A DNA stretch of 32,000 nucleotides from NCBI GenBank assembly GCA_009782615.1, contig WRIS01000008.1, positions 31,610 to 63,609 of the forward strand, in the 5' to 3' direction. The stretch's first letter is position 1; each line of letters begins with the position of its first letter. The translations under genes were made by a program, and so were the position numbers. The notes below the pieces were generated by a model. The model saw only the letters and a list, made by a program, of their open reading frames with translations. It was not told the origin of the DNA and did no database searches. The DNA is from Eggerthellaceae bacterium (lineage in GTDB: Bacteria > Actinomycetota > Coriobacteriia > Coriobacteriales > Eggerthellaceae). Of the stretch, positions 30,088-32,000 are shown piece by piece.

Positions 30088-31548
30088 TTATGCGTGCGCT
30101 TTTCTCCCCGAAAAAGTCAAAATAAAGGTCGTTCCCTTGCCAGGCACACTTTTTACTTCAATCGTTCCTTTGTGATACAAAACGCCGTGTTTTGCGATGG
30201 CGAGTCCCAAACCTGTACCGCCCGTTTCCTTAGAGCGGCTTTTATCAACGCGGAAAAAGCGTTCGAAAATCTTTTCTTGCATGTCCTCGGGAATTCCCAC
30301 ACCTGTGTCACTCACCCGTATCGCAACGGTGCTATGGTGCTCGACATTTTGTTCATCTGCTTCAGATGCTTCCTTGTTTTTTACTGCCTTGTGTTCGGGG
30401 GCAAAATCAAAGACTTCGATGGCAATTTTCACGCTGCCACCAGGATGATTGTAGCGAATACCATTTTCAACCAGGTTGTACAGCATTTGTTCTGCTACCG
30501 TTTCACTTCCAACGATAATGGCACATTCCCCCGCAAGTTCAAGAGTCACTTCGTTGGTTTCGGCAAAGCCTTGCAGCCGCTCTATTACCTTCGCGGCAAT
30601 CACACACAAATCAACAAGTTTGCCTGAATCCCCCACCGCAGATTCGTCAAGGCGCGACAAAACGAGTACGTCGTCGATGAGGGAGCGCATGGCTTGTGCT
30701 TCTTCGTAAATTAAGCCCGCAAATTTTTGGGAATCGGAAGCCTGCACCATGTTGTTTTGCATGAGTTCCGCATAGCCCGAAATTACCTGTAAGGGAGTTT
30801 TCATCTCATGGCTTACGTTCGAAGAAAAATCACGACGCAAACTTTCCGCAAGCGCTAATTCCTTGTTTTGTTGCTTGAGGGTTTTCTGTTGTTCGTCAAT
30901 ACGCTCAAGAAATGGACTCATTTCGGCATATATCTCATTTTGCAGAGGGTCTTTAAAGTCGAGAGCATCAACTGGCTTCATAATTCTTCGCGTGAGAATT
31001 TTCGAGAGAAAAAACACCAAAAGGGCAACGAGAGCAACGGCTATGACCATCGGAAGCAGCATGTTGCTTAAAAATATCAAAAGCGAATGCCGTGTTTCTG
31101 CCAGCCTGATAATGTTTCCATTTTCCAACTTTACTGCCGCATAAACCGAATCCGTTTGCAGCGTGCCCGAACGGCGCATAAGCGTTGCTTGCCCTTCTTC
31201 GTTTGCCGCTTTCACTTCGGGGCGGTCGGCATGGTTGTCCATATCTTGTGCGCGTACCACACTGTCGTAGAGCACCGTTCCGTCTTGAGCAATCAGGGTA
31301 TAGCGAATCACGCCTGCAAACTGGTCTTTAAGGACAGCGGCAGCTTCCTCTGAAGGAACGGTATTCAGGTAGTCAGCCGCATCATGAGCAAGCAAAACCA
31401 GCGCATCTTCGGCTTCCCGTTCGTAGATAAGATAAAAGATAGCGGTGGTCACCACAGAAAAGAGCACGATAGTGCCCAGCATGAACACGAGAACCGTATT
31501 AAATATCTTCCCCGTGAGGCTTTGTGGTTTGCGGGCTTTCAACGACAT
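30088..31548 (-). CDS. Two-TM sensor histidine kinase (HisKA + HATPase_c) (about 486 aa).
   Basis: The H-box is FSSNVSHEMKTPL, the N-box LVENGIRYN, G1 VSDTGVGIP and G2 GGTGLGLAIAK. There are two hydrophobic helices. The ATG at 31548 overlaps the regulator stop by 1 nt (TGATG). The alternative is ATG 31569. Confidence 0.9.
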   Translation of the reverse strand: MSLKARKPQSLTGKIFNTVLVFMLGTIVLFSVVTTAIFYLIYEREAEDALVLLAHDAADYLNTVPSEEAAAVLKDQFAGVIRYTLIAQDGTVLYDSVVRAQDMDNHADRPEVKAANEEGQATLMRRSGTLQTDSVYAAVKLENGNIIRLAETRHSLLIFLSNMLLPMVIAVALVALLVFFLSKILTRRIMKPVDALDFKDPLQNEIYAEMSPFLERIDEQQKTLKQQNKELALAESLRRDFSSNVSHEMKTPLQVISGYAELMQNNMVQASDSQKFAGLIYEEAQAMRSLIDDVLVLSRLDESAVGDSGKLVDLCVIAAKVIERLQGFAETNEVTLELAGECAIIVGSETVAEQMLYNLVENGIRYNHPGGSVKIAIEVFDFAPEHKAVKNKEASEADEQNVEHHSTVAIRVSDTGVGIPEDMQEKIFERFFRVDKSRSKETGGTGLGLAIAKHGVLYHKGTIEVKSVPGKGTTFILTFSGRKAHA

Positions 31549-32000
31549 CACTGGGGCAACTTCATGCAATACCCGACACCTCGCACGGTATAGATATAAG
31601 CATCAGTCCCAGGAAGAACCGCTGCAAGTTTTTGGCGCAGTGTTTGCACGTGAACATCAACGGTGCGCGTGCCACCCGCATACGCCATATCCCACACTTC
31701 TTTGAGCAGCTGCCCGCGCGAAAAAACCTGTCCGATGTTGCGCATGAGGGTGTAGAGCAAATCGAATTCCTTTAAGGTGAGTTCGACTTCCTTCCCACCC
31801 GCATAAACGGTATGGCTCGCCACCGAAATGCTGATATCTCCGCACGTCAACTGCTTTTGTTCACCAGGCGCTGTTTCGCCAACGCGGCGAAGAAGGGCGT
31901 TTATCCGAGAGACCAGCTCCATCATGCCAAAAGGTTTTGCCAAATAGTCATCGGCACCTGCATCAAGCCCGCAGACCTTGTCGTATTCGGTACCTTTTGC
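31548..32000 (-). CDS. OmpR/PhoB-type response regulator. The C-terminal ~150 codons are in the window; the N-terminus lies beyond the right edge.
   Basis: Manual translation to the window edge gives ...AKGTEYDKVCGLDAGADDYLAKPFGMMELVSRINALLRR (end of the receiver domain). The winged-helix output domain follows: LTLKEFDLLYTLMRN...RTVDVHVQTLRQKL...IYTVRGVGY. Confidence 0.9.
   Translation of the reverse strand, partial: AKGTEYDKVCGLDAGADDYLAKPFGMMELVSRINALLRRVGETAPGEQKQLTCGDISISVASHTVYAGGKEVELTLKEFDLLYTLMRNIGQVFSRGQLLKEVWDMAYAGGTRTVDVHVQTLRQKLAAVLPGTDAYIYTVRGVGYCMKLPQ

Overview
This 32-kb chromosomal window looks like an Actinomycetota genome of the Coriobacteriia/Eggerthellaceae type. That assignment is inferred from gene order and content only; no search was run.

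Core block, minus strand, 12.9-24.0 kb: a tightly packed, partly translationally coupled housekeeping array, alaS-ruvX-mltG-yqeG-aroE-aroC-aroK-aroB-aroQ-M24 peptidase-efp. It continues at 24.2-32 kb with an AI-2E-family permease, a 922-aa membrane-anchored low-complexity protein, rarA, and a histidine kinase/OmpR-type regulator pair. The regulator is cut by the right window edge.

Accessory-looking left third, 1.2-12.7 kb:
- a DUF3795 Cys-rich protein plus a nitroreductase
- an ECF sigma/anti-sigma pair
- a DinJ-like/PIN toxin-antitoxin module
- a divergent AraC regulator
- a four-gene Tat-exported molybdopterin oxidoreductase operon (fdhD, TorD-like chaperone, 906-aa catalytic subunit, 4x[4Fe-4S] subunit) with no membrane-anchor gene
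- a Phd/VapC toxin-antitoxin module
- yigZ

The first 1178 nt encode the N-terminus of recN on the minus strand. It is absent from the supplied ORF track because the ORF runs off the window edge.

Most interesting items:
1. The orphan molybdoenzyme operon, bracketed by two PIN toxin-antitoxin modules. Its catalytic subunit carries both a twin-arginine motif and a lipobox.
2. The 922-aa DUF948-like-anchored protein, made almost entirely of AQ, GYP and charged E/K/R/A repeats and coupled to the AI-2E permease.
3. In-frame short tandem repeats inserted into recN, aroB and aroK.
4. A phased 22-bp repeat array and LexA-like palindromes in the recN/DUF3795 divergent intergenic region.

No rRNA, tRNA, CRISPR array, transposase or integrase was seen.
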